64,000 bases of DNA from a virus, in the IMG/VR virus record IMGVR_UViG_3300050821_017216, positions 1 through 64,000 of that record; one strand, given 5' to 3'. This document shows, piece by piece, positions 29,082 to 38,674 of the stretch; the stretch's first letter is position 1; the number at the start of each line of letters is the position of its first letter. The notes under the pieces are model-generated. The model did no database searches, was not told the DNA's origin, and saw nothing but the letters and a program-made list of their open reading frames with translations. Position numbers and translations under genes: made by a program.

Positions 29082-29366
29082 TCATGGCGCCGGTTGCGAC
29101 GCTTCAAATAGGCCCGTGGCTACGTGCAACACGCACACGAACCCCGGCACGACCGACTCGGCGCCCGGGACGCATCGGGCGCACGCGTGGTCCTTCTCGA
29201 ATGGGCGATGGGCGTGGTGCTCTACGATCCACTTCGCCATGTGCAGCGAGAGTGTGCGGGAGTCGTCAAGAGCCGTGAGCAACTTCCTGTACTCGTCGAT
29301 GGCGGCTCCCTGCGAGCAGCCGGCCGACGTGCTGTAGAGCAGCTTGGCAAACTCCTTGTCGGTCAC
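29082..29366 (-). CDS. Hypothetical protein
   Basis: 94-aa ORF ending next to the junction motif at 29075. Confidence 0.6.
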   Translation of the reverse strand: MTDKEFAKLLYSTSAGCSQGAAIDEYRKLLTALDDSRTLSLHMAKWIVEHHAHRPFEKDHACARCVPGAESVVPGFVCVLHVATGLFEASQPAP

Positions 29367-29655
29367 CTCTTCGTCTCCTCATCCCCCAGCCCATTACGCA
29401 ACCGCCTACCAAGCTTCCACGCCCTACGATGCAGCGACCCGGGGGCGCCCTCGGGAATTGTCGCTGGGTTCTCCACGGTGTCGAGAAGGTTGGCCATGCG
29501 TCGTTCCCAAACCGCATTAGTGCTCCTCTCGGTGCGCTCTCCGCACCCGGCGAGCTTGTCCGCCATGACGTCCGCTTGGTAGTCGGCGTGGTCCACTATG
29601 GCCATGCGTTCCTCATCTCCCGGCTTGCCCATAATCTTCCCTTTCATTGCGCACA

Positions 29656-29838
29656 TCACTTCGCGGATGCCACCGACACGCACGCCGGTGTGCTCTCGGG
29701 GTCTGTCGACAGACGGGCGCGTGTTCCGTCTGGGCACGTGTCCCGTCGAGATGGTCCGCACCGCAACATCGGGTTGCGTGTGCAGTCGCATGCGGCGAGC
29801 GATGCCGCTGCAAGGATGATCGCTACGATTCGCTTCAT
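29656..29838 (-). CDS. Small putative lipoprotein
   Basis: MKRIVAIILAAASLAAC signal peptide and lipobox; strong RBS. Confidence 0.65.
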   Translation of the reverse strand: MKRIVAIILAAASLAACDCTRNPMLRCGPSRRDTCPDGTRARLSTDPESTPACVSVASAK

Positions 29839-29887
29839 CGCCTTTTCCTTTCAGTCCCTCGCGCGCACGCGGGTGCGGCGATCGTCC

Positions 29888-30136
29888 TCACGTCTCCGTC
29901 CCGGGCCGCACATTGGTGGCGTCGGTGACCTCGATGCACACGACGTTACTCGCGACGGGACGCACGCGCATCGACCCGTTCTTGACTCGGATCGAGAGCG
30001 TCCCCTCGCTCTCCTGCCGACCTGCATGGGAGCACAACACCTCAGCTCCGTTCGGAAGCACGAACAGGACGCGAGCGTCGTCACCGAGGTCGGTCTCCGT
30101 ACGCTTCACGATGTCATCTAGGTAGACCTTCTTCAT
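29888..30136 (-). CDS. Hypothetical protein; second copy at window start
   Basis: 82 aa, AAGGGAG RBS; 5' part identical to 1-76. Confidence 0.75.
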   Translation of the reverse strand: MKKVYLDDIVKRTETDLGDDARVLFVLPNGAEVLCSHAGRQESEGTLSIRVKNGSMRVRPVASNVVCIEVTDATNVRPGTET

Positions 30137-30386
30137 CTTTGCTCCCTTCGCGCGCACGGTGGGTGCGCAGTTGTTCCCTACGCCTGGCACCTGTCCAACC
30201 ACCATTCCCGCCAGCAGAGCGTACACGCCGTGGGGCAGTGACAGGAGCCGGTGTTGTGGTCCGCCTCGTCTTGAGCCGACGCGCCCAGCTTCCCACACTC
30301 GGTACAAGGTACCCCGGTCCGGCTCAGCTCCGGACCTGCAACGTTCGCCTCCGAATTCTGAGAGGCGCGCAGATGGGTGAGTTTCA

Positions 30387-30770
30387 TTACGACCTTTCGT
30401 TGGGTGCGTAGGCTGTCCTTCCGCCCACACCTCGCCACGGCTCCACGTCCAAAGTGCGACCGTCGCGATGCTTGACAGCCCATCGATTCGACCGCCGACC
30501 GTGAACGAAGATGCTCCAGACGGGACCGCGCGGAAGAGTCACCCGGTGGAACCGTTCCGCTCGCAAGACATTGAAGAACCATCGAATCCTCGGCGATTCG
30601 CCGAATCTCTCTTCAAGGTACCGCCCGAGGATAAGGCTCACACCGCTCCAAGGGTGCGAGTGAAAGACGTCAGCATCTTCGTCGTGGTGGATGTGGTGAA
30701 CGAACAGACCGAACCCGAATGCCTGTAGGACGTAGAAGCGGTCCAGGTTGTCTCGACGGGACACTTTCAT
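30387..30770 (-). CDS. Cupin-like protein
   Basis: FHSHPWSGVSLILGRYLEE...FHRV. Confidence 0.5.
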   Translation of the reverse strand: MKVSRRDNLDRFYVLQAFGFGLFVHHIHHDEDADVFHSHPWSGVSLILGRYLEERFGESPRIRWFFNVLRAERFHRVTLPRGPVWSIFVHGRRSNRWAVKHRDGRTLDVEPWRGVGGRTAYAPNERS

Positions 30771-30798
30771 GGTCGGCTCCGAGACGCGCGCAGATGGT

Positions 30799-31131
30799 CT
30801 ACCGCGGCGCCCGCAGTTTTTCGACGCGGTCTCGATTGAGTACATCGTGCGTGTCGGCGACCATCATGGCGAAGTTGGCCACGTCTGCGCACTCGCCGAG
30901 GAGCTTGGCGCAAGCGTCGTCGTGCGCCCGCTGGTCTCGCTCCGACCAATCCACCTTGGCCTCGATGCGCGTCAGCGTGTCCAGGATTGCGAACAATTCG
31001 CGTAGTTCGGTCCGGAGGCGACGGCGCAGGTAACCGCGTCCGCAGTCCGCCCACCCGCCCTTGTGGTCATTGCGCCGGAGCTTGGCATCCATCGCCTCGG
31101 CGAACCGCCTCACCTCGACTCGTTCACTCAT
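30799..31131 (-). CDS. MazG-like/nucleotide diphosphohydrolase-like protein
   Basis: FAEAMDAKLRRNDHKGGW...ECADVANFAMM. Confidence 0.5.
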   Translation of the reverse strand: MSERVEVRRFAEAMDAKLRRNDHKGGWADCGRGYLRRRLRTELRELFAILDTLTRIEAKVDWSERDQRAHDDACAKLLGECADVANFAMMVADTHDVLNRDRVEKLRAPR

Positions 31132-31193
31132 CGTTTTCTCCAGTTTGGGCAAGGCGCGCATTTTAGACAGTCTGTCGTCCGATCCGCCGCGTC

Positions 31194-32042
31194 TCATTCG
31201 GCAGCCTGCTGCGTTCGAGTCAAGGCCCCAAGACGCCGCCTGGCAGTGAGTACGTAGGCGTCAGACTGCTCCACACCGACCACGTCATCCCACCCAGCGC
31301 CGAGTGCTCCGAGCATTTCCGATCCGGAGCCGGCGAACGGGACTAGCAGGCGTCCAACGCCAGAACTAGGTAGAATCAACTTGGCGAGCGCGGAGCACAA
31401 CAGGATCGGCTTTGGCGTCGGATGGCCCGAGTCGGACCGCTCTGCCTTCGTTGGCTTCGGGTGACGCACCACGTTCTCTGGATGTGACGTCCCCTCAGTC
31501 CGAAGGTCCCCTACACCCCAACAAACCACGTTGAGCGGTACGGTGCTCTCTGTCAGCGGACGACGCGCCAGCACGATCGGTTCGTAGGTTGGGCGCAATT
31601 CGGTTGTCCTGCTCTTAGGAACGCCGTGACCGTGCTCCCACGCGATACTGTCGCGCACCTCCCACCCGGCATCCTCGATTCCGGCAGTCAGTCGGTGGAC
31701 CGTGCGCGGCGACCCGAACGCAAAGAGCCATGCTCCAGGTTTTACAACTCGGAGTAGCATTGCAGCCCACTCGACCGTCCAGACATGAAAAGCTGTGTTC
31801 GTGCGGCTGCGAAAGGCTACTCGATCCTGCGGATTGCCCCCTCGCCCGTAGCCCTTCATGCGGCCCTTGTTCCCGTATCCGGCTTCCGAGCGAGCCTTGT
31901 ATTCCCGCTGCCTGCCAGGGTCGTCCCATCGTTGGGATGAGAGTGCGTATGGCGGGTCGCAGAGAACCCCATCGAACGTCATCGGCGTCATGCTGGGCAA
32001 GATGTCCTCGACGCGCCCGTGAATGACCTCAAAACGTCTCAA
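31194..32042 (-). CDS. N6/N4 DNA methyltransferase
   Basis: VLCDPPY, HPTPKP, VPFAGSGS. Confidence 0.85.
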   Translation of the reverse strand: MRRFEVIHGRVEDILPSMTPMTFDGVLCDPPYALSSQRWDDPGRQREYKARSEAGYGNKGRMKGYGRGGNPQDRVAFRSRTNTAFHVWTVEWAAMLLRVVKPGAWLFAFGSPRTVHRLTAGIEDAGWEVRDSIAWEHGHGVPKSRTTELRPTYEPIVLARRPLTESTVPLNVVCWGVGDLRTEGTSHPENVVRHPKPTKAERSDSGHPTPKPILLCSALAKLILPSSGVGRLLVPFAGSGSEMLGALGAGWDDVVGVEQSDAYVLTARRRLGALTRTQQAAE

Positions 32043-32081
32043 TTCGATCCTCCGCCTCGGGTTGCGCGCAACCGGATGACT

Positions 32082-32384
32082 CTAACGCTCGGCAGAAACC
32101 GGGAACTTCTCGGCGAGGCGAGCGGTCACCGCGGCGTCCAGATCGATGTCCGCGCCCGAGAACCGCGACGCGCAGATGACGAGGTCTGCCAGGTACGGCG
32201 CGACCTCGGAATGCTTGAGCGCTCGCCCCTCGTGCTGCGAATCGTTCAACGCCGACGCGACCTTACCGAGCGCCTTCGTCATGTGAACGAGCGCATGCCC
32301 AGCGTCCGCCGAGGCGTGGCACGGGTTGTTGAGTTGCTGCTCCCACCTGATGTTCACTTCCGCTTGCAGTCTTGAGAGGTCCAT
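32082..32384 (-). CDS. MazG-like protein
   Basis: HMTKALGKVA...LADLVICA...LDAAVTARLAEKF. Confidence 0.55.
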   Translation of the reverse strand: MDLSRLQAEVNIRWEQQLNNPCHASADAGHALVHMTKALGKVASALNDSQHEGRALKHSEVAPYLADLVICASRFSGADIDLDAAVTARLAEKFPVSAER

Positions 32385-32441
32385 TCCCGTTTCCTTTCGT
32401 CGGTTTGGGTCGCGCGCAGATGGGTGAGTCTGGCGCTCGCA

Positions 32442-33380
32442 TTAGTCATGGCAGAAGCAGTCCCCCAAGTCGTCCTCTGTCCCACACGTTTTGGGGTCGT
32501 CGACCCGCCTCGCGAGTACCCGGAGCTGGCGGTAGGCGGGGCGGTCCTGGCGGAACAGGGAGCCCGCGTCGCGCTCGACGTCCTGCCACCACTTGAGCCG
32601 TCCGGGCTCCTCCTGCTCGATGCGCAGGAGCTTCGACGTCGCCTTGAGGATGCACCCGTCGCAGTTGCCGCGATAGGTCCCGAGCACATCGTCGATGGGC
32701 AGTCCTAGGTCGAAGTCCTGCGTCTTCCAAAACGCGATGACGCGAGCCTCGTCGACCTTGGCCTCCGCGAGAGGCATCACGTGCTCCCACCGTTCGGGCG
32801 GGGAGCGCTTCAACTTGGCCACGCGCGAAGGTTCGTCGGCGCGGATGCCCATGACCATGTCCCACTTCTCGTAGCGACGCTCAAGCATCCACCGCTTCAT
32901 CACGCGGACCTTCATCTCCGTTGTACACGTGCGAAAGGCTGGATTCGGCAGGCCGCTCATGGCGACGAAGTTCTCGTACGGCTCGCCCTCGCGCGATGCG
33001 GTCTCGAAGGTCACCTCTCGGAAACCGCGCTCGCGCGAATCGTCGAGTCCTGCGTTCGCCCACTGACGTGGTCGCGACATCCAAGCCGCCTTCGGGCGCT
33101 TCGACCTGAAGCGTTCAGCGATGGCGCGAACCTCGTCGCTCTTGTACTTCGGTAGCTCTTGGCGCTCGTACTCCAGCCAATGCACGTCGACACCCCAGTA
33201 GCGAGCGATCTGGTCAACGAACGTGAGCGTCTCTCGGTACTCCTTGCCGGTGTTGCAAAAGAGCACGTGGACGTCCGGCTGTAGCCCCTCGTCAAGGATG
33301 CGACGCAGCATGTAGGCGCTCGTGCGCCCTCCGGAGAGGGAGATGACGGCGGGACCTTCGACGAGGAACGGGGACTTCAT
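32442..33380 (-). CDS. PAPS-reductase-family (PP-loop) protein
   Basis: ISLSGGRTS, FCNTGKE, CTTEMK, GIRADE, GNCDGC, C-terminal CFCHD. Confidence 0.85.
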   Translation of the reverse strand: MKSPFLVEGPAVISLSGGRTSAYMLRRILDEGLQPDVHVLFCNTGKEYRETLTFVDQIARYWGVDVHWLEYERQELPKYKSDEVRAIAERFRSKRPKAAWMSRPRQWANAGLDDSRERGFREVTFETASREGEPYENFVAMSGLPNPAFRTCTTEMKVRVMKRWMLERRYEKWDMVMGIRADEPSRVAKLKRSPPERWEHVMPLAEAKVDEARVIAFWKTQDFDLGLPIDDVLGTYRGNCDGCILKATSKLLRIEQEEPGRLKWWQDVERDAGSLFRQDRPAYRQLRVLARRVDDPKTCGTEDDLGDCFCHD

Positions 33381-33414
33381 GGCAGCTCCGGGCTTGCGCG
33401 CAGATGGGTGAGTC

Positions 33415-34056
33415 TCATTCCGCAGCTTTCGCGGTCCCGCTCGACCTGCGCGCGAGGTCGATCAGGAGGTCTCGAAACGGCAACGGCGTTGCCGCACGCT
33501 GTTGGTGGGAGAGCCGTTGGCAGATGCCGGTCTTGCGCAAACGGGCCCGCTCTTCCTTCGAGTGGTAAACGTCCTCAAGCTTGATTTGCATCTTCGGGAT
33601 GCTCCAGTCGAGCGCGGGCGGCAGACCACGACCGGCGTAGTAGAGCCAGGTCAGCTTGCGAGCTCGGTGCCCGTAGTTGCCTTGGGCGACGCAGCACACG
33701 TAGCCATCCCACTGGTCGACGCATTCGAGCCAACCCTTGCGCCAGGACGGGCAAGGTAGGCCGTGCGCGCGGAAGGCGAGGCTCGCCTCGGGGTGCTCTA
33801 GGACGCCACCGAACCGTCGCACCGACTCCAGCGCCGACGCGAAGCATCCGCCGTCGTCGCCGAGCGTCTTCTGTCGCGGCGTGCCGTGCAGCATCGGGCC
33901 GCCTCCCCAGTACCGCCCCCAGCGCTCGCACGGCGGATGCGCCACGACCGGCCAAGGGCCGGCGTACTTGCGCGCGTCCCTCGTTACGTCCCACGGGTCG
34001 ACGCCATCGACACCAAAGTAGGCGCCTCCGGTTGCTACGAAAAGTGCGGCAATCAT
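33415..34056 (-). CDS. Truncated C5-cytosine methyltransferase-like protein
   Basis: VVAHPPCERW, GVLEHP, RAATPLPF. Confidence 0.6.
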   Translation of the reverse strand: MIAALFVATGGAYFGVDGVDPWDVTRDARKYAGPWPVVAHPPCERWGRYWGGGPMLHGTPRQKTLGDDGGCFASALESVRRFGGVLEHPEASLAFRAHGLPCPSWRKGWLECVDQWDGYVCCVAQGNYGHRARKLTWLYYAGRGLPPALDWSIPKMQIKLEDVYHSKEERARLRKTGICQRLSHQQRAATPLPFRDLLIDLARRSSGTAKAAE

Positions 34057-34089
34057 GGGTCCTCCGAGGTAGCGCGCAGATGGGTGAGA

Positions 34090-34272
34090 CTACTTCTTGC
34101 CGCTTTTGGAGCTTCCGCCCTTGAGCGACGCAGCCTTCTCTGACCGGCTTTGACGGTCGCGGAGGTACTCCGCTGCCTTGGTGTCGCCTCGTCGCTCTGC
34201 GTCTTGCCGCAAATTCAATGCTTCCTTGGCGTCCTGCTCGTACATCTCTGACTCCGACTTCGGTGTGCTCAT
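34090..34272 (-). CDS. Small hypothetical protein
   Basis: AAGGAG RBS; MSTPKSESEMYEQD. Confidence 0.55.
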   Translation of the reverse strand: MSTPKSESEMYEQDAKEALNLRQDAERRGDTKAAEYLRDRQSRSEKAASLKGGSSKSGKK

Positions 34273-34528
34273 GTTTGCTCCTTTCAATGCGCCGAGGCGC
34301 GGCGCGCGCATATGATTCACTCTAGCTCTCCCGAAATCGCGATCTGGTACGCCATGTGCAACGAGTAGTCGTCTGACGGTCTACGCCTCCGGTCCTTTGG
34401 GAAGAAGGTCCACCTTCCCACGGAAAGCTCCCTCCAACCGGCGCTAACGCCAGACACGTACGGGCGCTCGCGTAGGTAGGCGAGCATCTCGTCATCCGTT
34501 GGCTGCATGAGGGATGCGTGCATGGCGG

Positions 34529-34813
34529 CTAGTTCGGCGCTCGCAACTCTCGTTCGAGCTCCTCAACTCGTTTTTGCAGCTCCGCCTCACGCTCTCGCGC
34601 TGCCTTTCGCTTTTTCTGGAGATGGCCGCACACGTAGGTGGCACCTCCGAAGAGGCCGAACAGTGGAGCCGCCATCGGCCAAAACAGCGAGCATAGAAAC
34701 GGGAAGGGCGTGTTCCACGGACTGTCAAGTTCGTCGATGCACCAAGCCACCCCAACGAAGGTGCAAAAGGCGACGAGCCCGTACCCGATGATGATTACGA
34801 TCGTTGTAAACAT
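34529..34813 (-). CDS. Small membrane protein
   Basis: Two hydrophobic segments plus a coiled-coil tail; CSLFWP. Confidence 0.65.
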   Translation of the reverse strand: MFTTIVIIIGYGLVAFCTFVGVAWCIDELDSPWNTPFPFLCSLFWPMAAPLFGLFGGATYVCGHLQKKRKAAREREAELQKRVEELERELRAPN

Positions 34814-34841
34814 GGTCTTCTCCGGTGCGCGCGCATGAGGA

Positions 34842-35114
34842 TTAGCCTCCGACGCGCGGTTTCATGTTGCTCATCACGCTCTCGATTCGCTGACGCACCT
34901 CGGCCACTCCGGCGTTGTGGCCCCGTCTGTAGCTCTCTCGCATGTCGGGGCAGGCTTCACACTTGATGCACGTGTCGCACTCTGGACGGTAGTGCCCATA
35001 GCCAGGTTTGAAGTTTTTGCGAGCGTCCTCTGTCTCGACGTTGAAGCCGCACCCTTGGCACTTGACCATCGGTCGCGGCTGGTCGGCAAAACCCTCTGAC
35101 GTGTCTTCGCTCAT
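34842..35114 (-). CDS. Zn-finger hypothetical protein
   Basis: GGAGG RBS; CQGC, CDTC and CEAC motifs. Confidence 0.6.
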   Translation of the reverse strand: MSEDTSEGFADQPRPMVKCQGCGFNVETEDARKNFKPGYGHYRPECDTCIKCEACPDMRESYRRGHNAGVAEVRQRIESVMSNMKPRVGG

Positions 35115-35380
35115 GGTCCCTCCGGTGAAGCGCGCATATCGACCAGCGCGCCTTCCGTTGCTTCTTGCATGCCCATCAGCTCTTGTGTCTCCCGTCTACG
35201 ACAGCCCGCACGAAGTCGTCGCCGCTCATCCGGTCGAACGCCCCGCACGTCGGCTGCGCGTGCAGGAGGTGCCCTGGGTCGTCAGGCGGGTCGCCCCACC
35301 GGACCGAGACCGCGCGCCCGCAGTACGGGCACCGACCGTCCACGTCCGACCTGACCACCTCGCCCCCCGACCGGTCTCCG

Positions 35381-38300
35381 TCAGCCACTCGCGCCTCCCT
35401 TCCCTCGTACGAACCGCATCGCGTCCCGGATCCGCTCGTCGGGCCAGCCCCACTCGGTCGCGACGGCCCGCGGGTCCCCGGCACCGCTCAGCGTGGCCTG
35501 GTGGAGCGCCTGGCCGTCCGCGCGCGCCTTGGACTGGCGGTGCTTCGCCAGCGCCCGGGCCCGCCCAGCGCGTGCCTCTGGCCAGCCCAGGGTCTTCGTG
35601 GTGGCCCGCCACTCGGACTCGTCTAGGTCGAAAAGCACGGACGAGTCCGCCTCCGTCTGCTCGTCCGCCGTGGGCTGGCGAGGTGTGGCGGGTGTGGCGG
35701 AGTGTTTTTCGAGGTGTGGCGGAGGCTCCGCCACACCTCCGTCTCTATAGTTACCGTCAGTTAGACCACGTGTGGCGGGTGTGGCGGGTGTGGCGGAGCT
35801 ATTTCCGCCACTCCCCCCCGGTGTGGCGCGTGTGGCGCCATCACTAGGGGGTATGGGGGATTTTTTTGGACCGCCCATCACACACCGATCGGTAGGTAAG
35901 TCACCACCGTCTGAGTCTGGTTGCGGGGCGTACTGCCCCGACGGGTAGTGCTTCAGGTCCTTCGGGTTGCTCCTGTCTACGGTGATGGTGTGTGACACGC
36001 TCTCACAATAGGAGATCGCGGCGTCAGCCCGGTCCTTTCCACACTCGCCCATCGCGGCGGCCATCGACGCCCGGAGCTGACGCGAACCGATCCCTGGCGA
36101 CCGTGAGACGACCCTCAGGCACGCGTCCCGGTCCCGGGCGCGCTGCTGCTCCTTCGAGTCCGCGGCGGCGGCTCGCCGCTGGGCGACCTCCTCCTCGGCC
36201 TGCCGCCTCTCCTCCTCCTTCTGCTGCCTCTTCTGCTCCTTCGACCGGTCGGCCTTGCTGAGGGCCTCGACGACGGCATCCCCACCGTCCCTGGCGGGCT
36301 CGTACCGGAAGCCCGTGAAGTGCATCGGGGTCCACCGCGCCCCCGTCGCGCGCCCCTTGGCGGTGACGAAGACGACGCTCTCGCCCTGGCCGTCCACGTA
36401 GGTGTCCGGGACGCGCGACAGGACACTGACGCTGTCGGCGCCGTACTCGATCTCGCCGCTCTCCTTGCCGAGGCCGACGAGGACGTCCGGGATCGTGACG
36501 CGCCGGTTGACCAGGCGGTCCTTGTCGTAGTCCCAGCTCAGGTCGGCGCTCATCACCATCGGCCAGAGCCCGTACTTGTCGCGCGCGACGGACGCGACGA
36601 CGAGGATCGCGATGTTGTGGTGCGTCGCCACCTCGCGCAGCGCGTAGGCGGCGCGCCCGATGCGCTCGCGCAGGTCGAGCGTCTTGTACTTACCGTCCTC
36701 GTCCTCCTCCGGGCCGACGATCTGGAGGTAGTCGAGGACGATCAGGATCGGCCTCGACCCGGGTCCGCCGGAGTTCAGCGTCTCGGACGGGGGCGGCTCC
36801 GGGTACTTCTGGCGGAGCGCGGCGGCGAGCGCGTGCACCTTGCTCGCGGGCCAGCCCATCGGGTTGCGGTTGACCGGGTGCAGCGGGAGTTTCCCAGCCT
36901 TCGCTTTCTCTGCGAGTTCGATCGCGACCGTGGCCGCGCGCTCGAGTGCGTCCTGGCTGGTCTGACCGGTGTAGAGGTCGCTCCACCGGAGCTTCGCCTC
37001 CTCGCCGACCACGCGCAGGTCGAACTGGAGATCGTCCATCTCGAGGCCCACGTAGGCCGTCGGGACGCCCTGCTCGGCGGAGTGCTTGCAGATCTGCAGG
37101 ACCGCGGCGGTCTTGCCGACCCCGGTGCCCGAGCAGAGGATGTGCAGCCCCGGCCACAACCCCCCGCCGAAGTGCTCCTTGAGATCGCCCCACGGCAGCG
37201 GCACCGGCTTCTCGATCCCGACCGATCGCCGTACGGCGCGCGCGACGGATGTCTTGAGGTGCTCGCCGATGGTGGGCGCCCACTTGTCGAGGTCGTCTTG
37301 CTCGGGCCCGGCCGGCGCGGCGGGGAGGGGCGGCTCGGCGGCCTGCGAGTGGGTCGGGGCGCCGACGACGAGTTCCAACCCGAACCGGTCGCTGATCGCG
37401 ACGACCGCCTCGCGCGCGGCGACGTGGTGGACCTCCATGACGAGGTCGATGTTCGTTCTGAACCCGGCGCGCCCCTTGTCCTTGCAGCGGTTGTGGTGGC
37501 ACTTCAAGCCGTGGTTGAGGATCGAGACGCCGCTCGTCTCGCCGCAGCCCGGGCACGTGACCTCGCCGCTCGCGTTGTATAGGCCCAGCCACTCGGCGAC
37601 GGCCTGCGGGTCGACGGAGTTCGCGAGCGAGTACGGCGAGTCCGGGTTGTCGCGCATCGGCGACACGACGCTCGGCGCCGCTGCCGGCTGCAGGCGCGAC
37701 CCGAGGACGCCGAACGCCTTCTCCATGGCGGCCCGGCCGTCGGGGTTCAACCCGTCCCAGACGGTGCGCGCGAGCTCGACGATCCGCGCCAGCGAGAGGC
37801 GCGTGACCGCCTCGGGCGTCACGATGGCGGTGCGCCGGTGCGGGCGGTCCTCGACGCCCGCCGCGCCCTTCTTCTTCAGGGTCCCGCACGCGGGCAGGAT
37901 GCGCTTGGCATCGAAGAGCTTCTCGTCGACCGACACCTCTGGCGTGTTGAAGAGGTGAGCCAAGCCCGTGAGCAGCCCCGCTATCGCGTTCTTCGACTCA
38001 TCAGTCACCGGCACCGCGTCGAGCGCGACGTGGATCTGCCGGCCGTTGCCCGAGTGCAGGTACGCGAGCGAGCTCTCTCCGTCGAGGTGGTGCGCGAGGA
38101 AGTTCCACGCGCTCTGCGCGACGCGCACCGACCGCTGCACCTCCTCGTCGGTCGCCGAGATGCCCGACGGGCGCTTGACGTCGAAGTCGATCGCCAGGAT
38201 GAGTCGCGCCTCGACGTCCGAGTCGGTCGTGCCGGCGCCCTTCTGGATGTCAAACCAATGACCCGGCGCGGCGTTGCGCGACTCGACGCCGGCGCGCAGG

Positions 38301-38674
38301 CGCGCGGGCAGGAGGTAGGTGCCGTGCGCGATCCACGTGTCTGCGGCCGCGCAGAGCAGGACGGCCTCCTCGGGGCTCCGAGCGTGCGAGGCGCGCGTGC
38401 GCTCGAACGAGTCGGTCGGGTAGCGCCTGAATCCCAGCACCTGGAACTCGAACACCCTCTCACCACCACCCACGAACGCGAGCTGGCGGCGCAGGTTCGC
38501 CTCGAGCCCCTCCGCCTGCGCGCGGAGAAGGCGATCCTCGAGCGGGGCGCTCTCGGTCCCGGACGGCCCGTCGCCAGACCCACCCCCACCGGACCCGGAT
38601 CCAGTCTTCTGCTCCGCTACGAGTTTCCAGAAATCTCCCGAGGAGATCCGCTCGTAGCCGTCGTCCGACATCAC
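35381..38674 (-). CDS. Primase-polymerase (AEP)-Zn finger-DnaB-like SF4 helicase fusion
   Basis: IDFDVK, SGNGRQIH, DEKLFDAKRI (AEP); CPGCG...CHHNRC; GTGVGKT, GLEM, VLDYLQ (SF4). Confidence 0.85.
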   Translation of the reverse strand: MMSDDGYERISSGDFWKLVAEQKTGSGSGGGGSGDGPSGTESAPLEDRLLRAQAEGLEANLRRQLAFVGGGERVFEFQVLGFRRYPTDSFERTRASHARSPEEAVLLCAAADTWIAHGTYLLPARLRAGVESRNAAPGHWFDIQKGAGTTDSDVEARLILAIDFDVKRPSGISATDEEVQRSVRVAQSAWNFLAHHLDGESSLAYLHSGNGRQIHVALDAVPVTDESKNAIAGLLTGLAHLFNTPEVSVDEKLFDAKRILPACGTLKKKGAAGVEDRPHRRTAIVTPEAVTRLSLARIVELARTVWDGLNPDGRAAMEKAFGVLGSRLQPAAAPSVVSPMRDNPDSPYSLANSVDPQAVAEWLGLYNASGEVTCPGCGETSGVSILNHGLKCHHNRCKDKGRAGFRTNIDLVMEVHHVAAREAVVAISDRFGLELVVGAPTHSQAAEPPLPAAPAGPEQDDLDKWAPTIGEHLKTSVARAVRRSVGIEKPVPLPWGDLKEHFGGGLWPGLHILCSGTGVGKTAAVLQICKHSAEQGVPTAYVGLEMDDLQFDLRVVGEEAKLRWSDLYTGQTSQDALERAATVAIELAEKAKAGKLPLHPVNRNPMGWPASKVHALAAALRQKYPEPPPSETLNSGGPGSRPILIVLDYLQIVGPEEDEDGKYKTLDLRERIGRAAYALREVATHHNIAILVVASVARDKYGLWPMVMSADLSWDYDKDRLVNRRVTIPDVLVGLGKESGEIEYGADSVSVLSRVPDTYVDGQGESVVFVTAKGRATGARWTPMHFTGFRYEPARDGGDAVVEALSKADRSKEQKRQQKEEERRQAEEEVAQRRAAAADSKEQQRARDRDACLRVVSRSPGIGSRQLRASMAAAMGECGKDRADAAISYCESVSHTITVDRSNPKDLKHYPSGQYAPQPDSDGGDLPTDRCVMGGPKKSPIPPSDGATRATPGGSGGNSSATPATPATRGLTDGNYRDGGVAEPPPHLEKHSATPATPRQPTADEQTEADSSVLFDLDESEWRATTKTLGWPEARAGRARALAKHRQSKARADGQALHQATLSGAGDPRAVATEWGWPDERIRDAMRFVRGKGGASG
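35683..35838. repeat. GTGTGGCG iteron-like cluster with a perfect 14-bp inverted repeat
   Basis: Direct copies at 35683, 35692, 35714, 35770, 35779, 35788, 35821, 35830; hairpin 35711-35739. Confidence 0.8.

Noticed and set aside
30365-34095. LTHLRA mini-peptides encoded by the 17-bp junction repeat
   Set aside because: The frame relative to the upstream stop differs between copies and not all have a start codon, so a nucleotide-level element is more likely.
28831-35140. Classical integron attC array
   Set aside because: No RYYYAAC/GTTRRRY boxes or long imperfect palindromes, and no IntI gene in the window.
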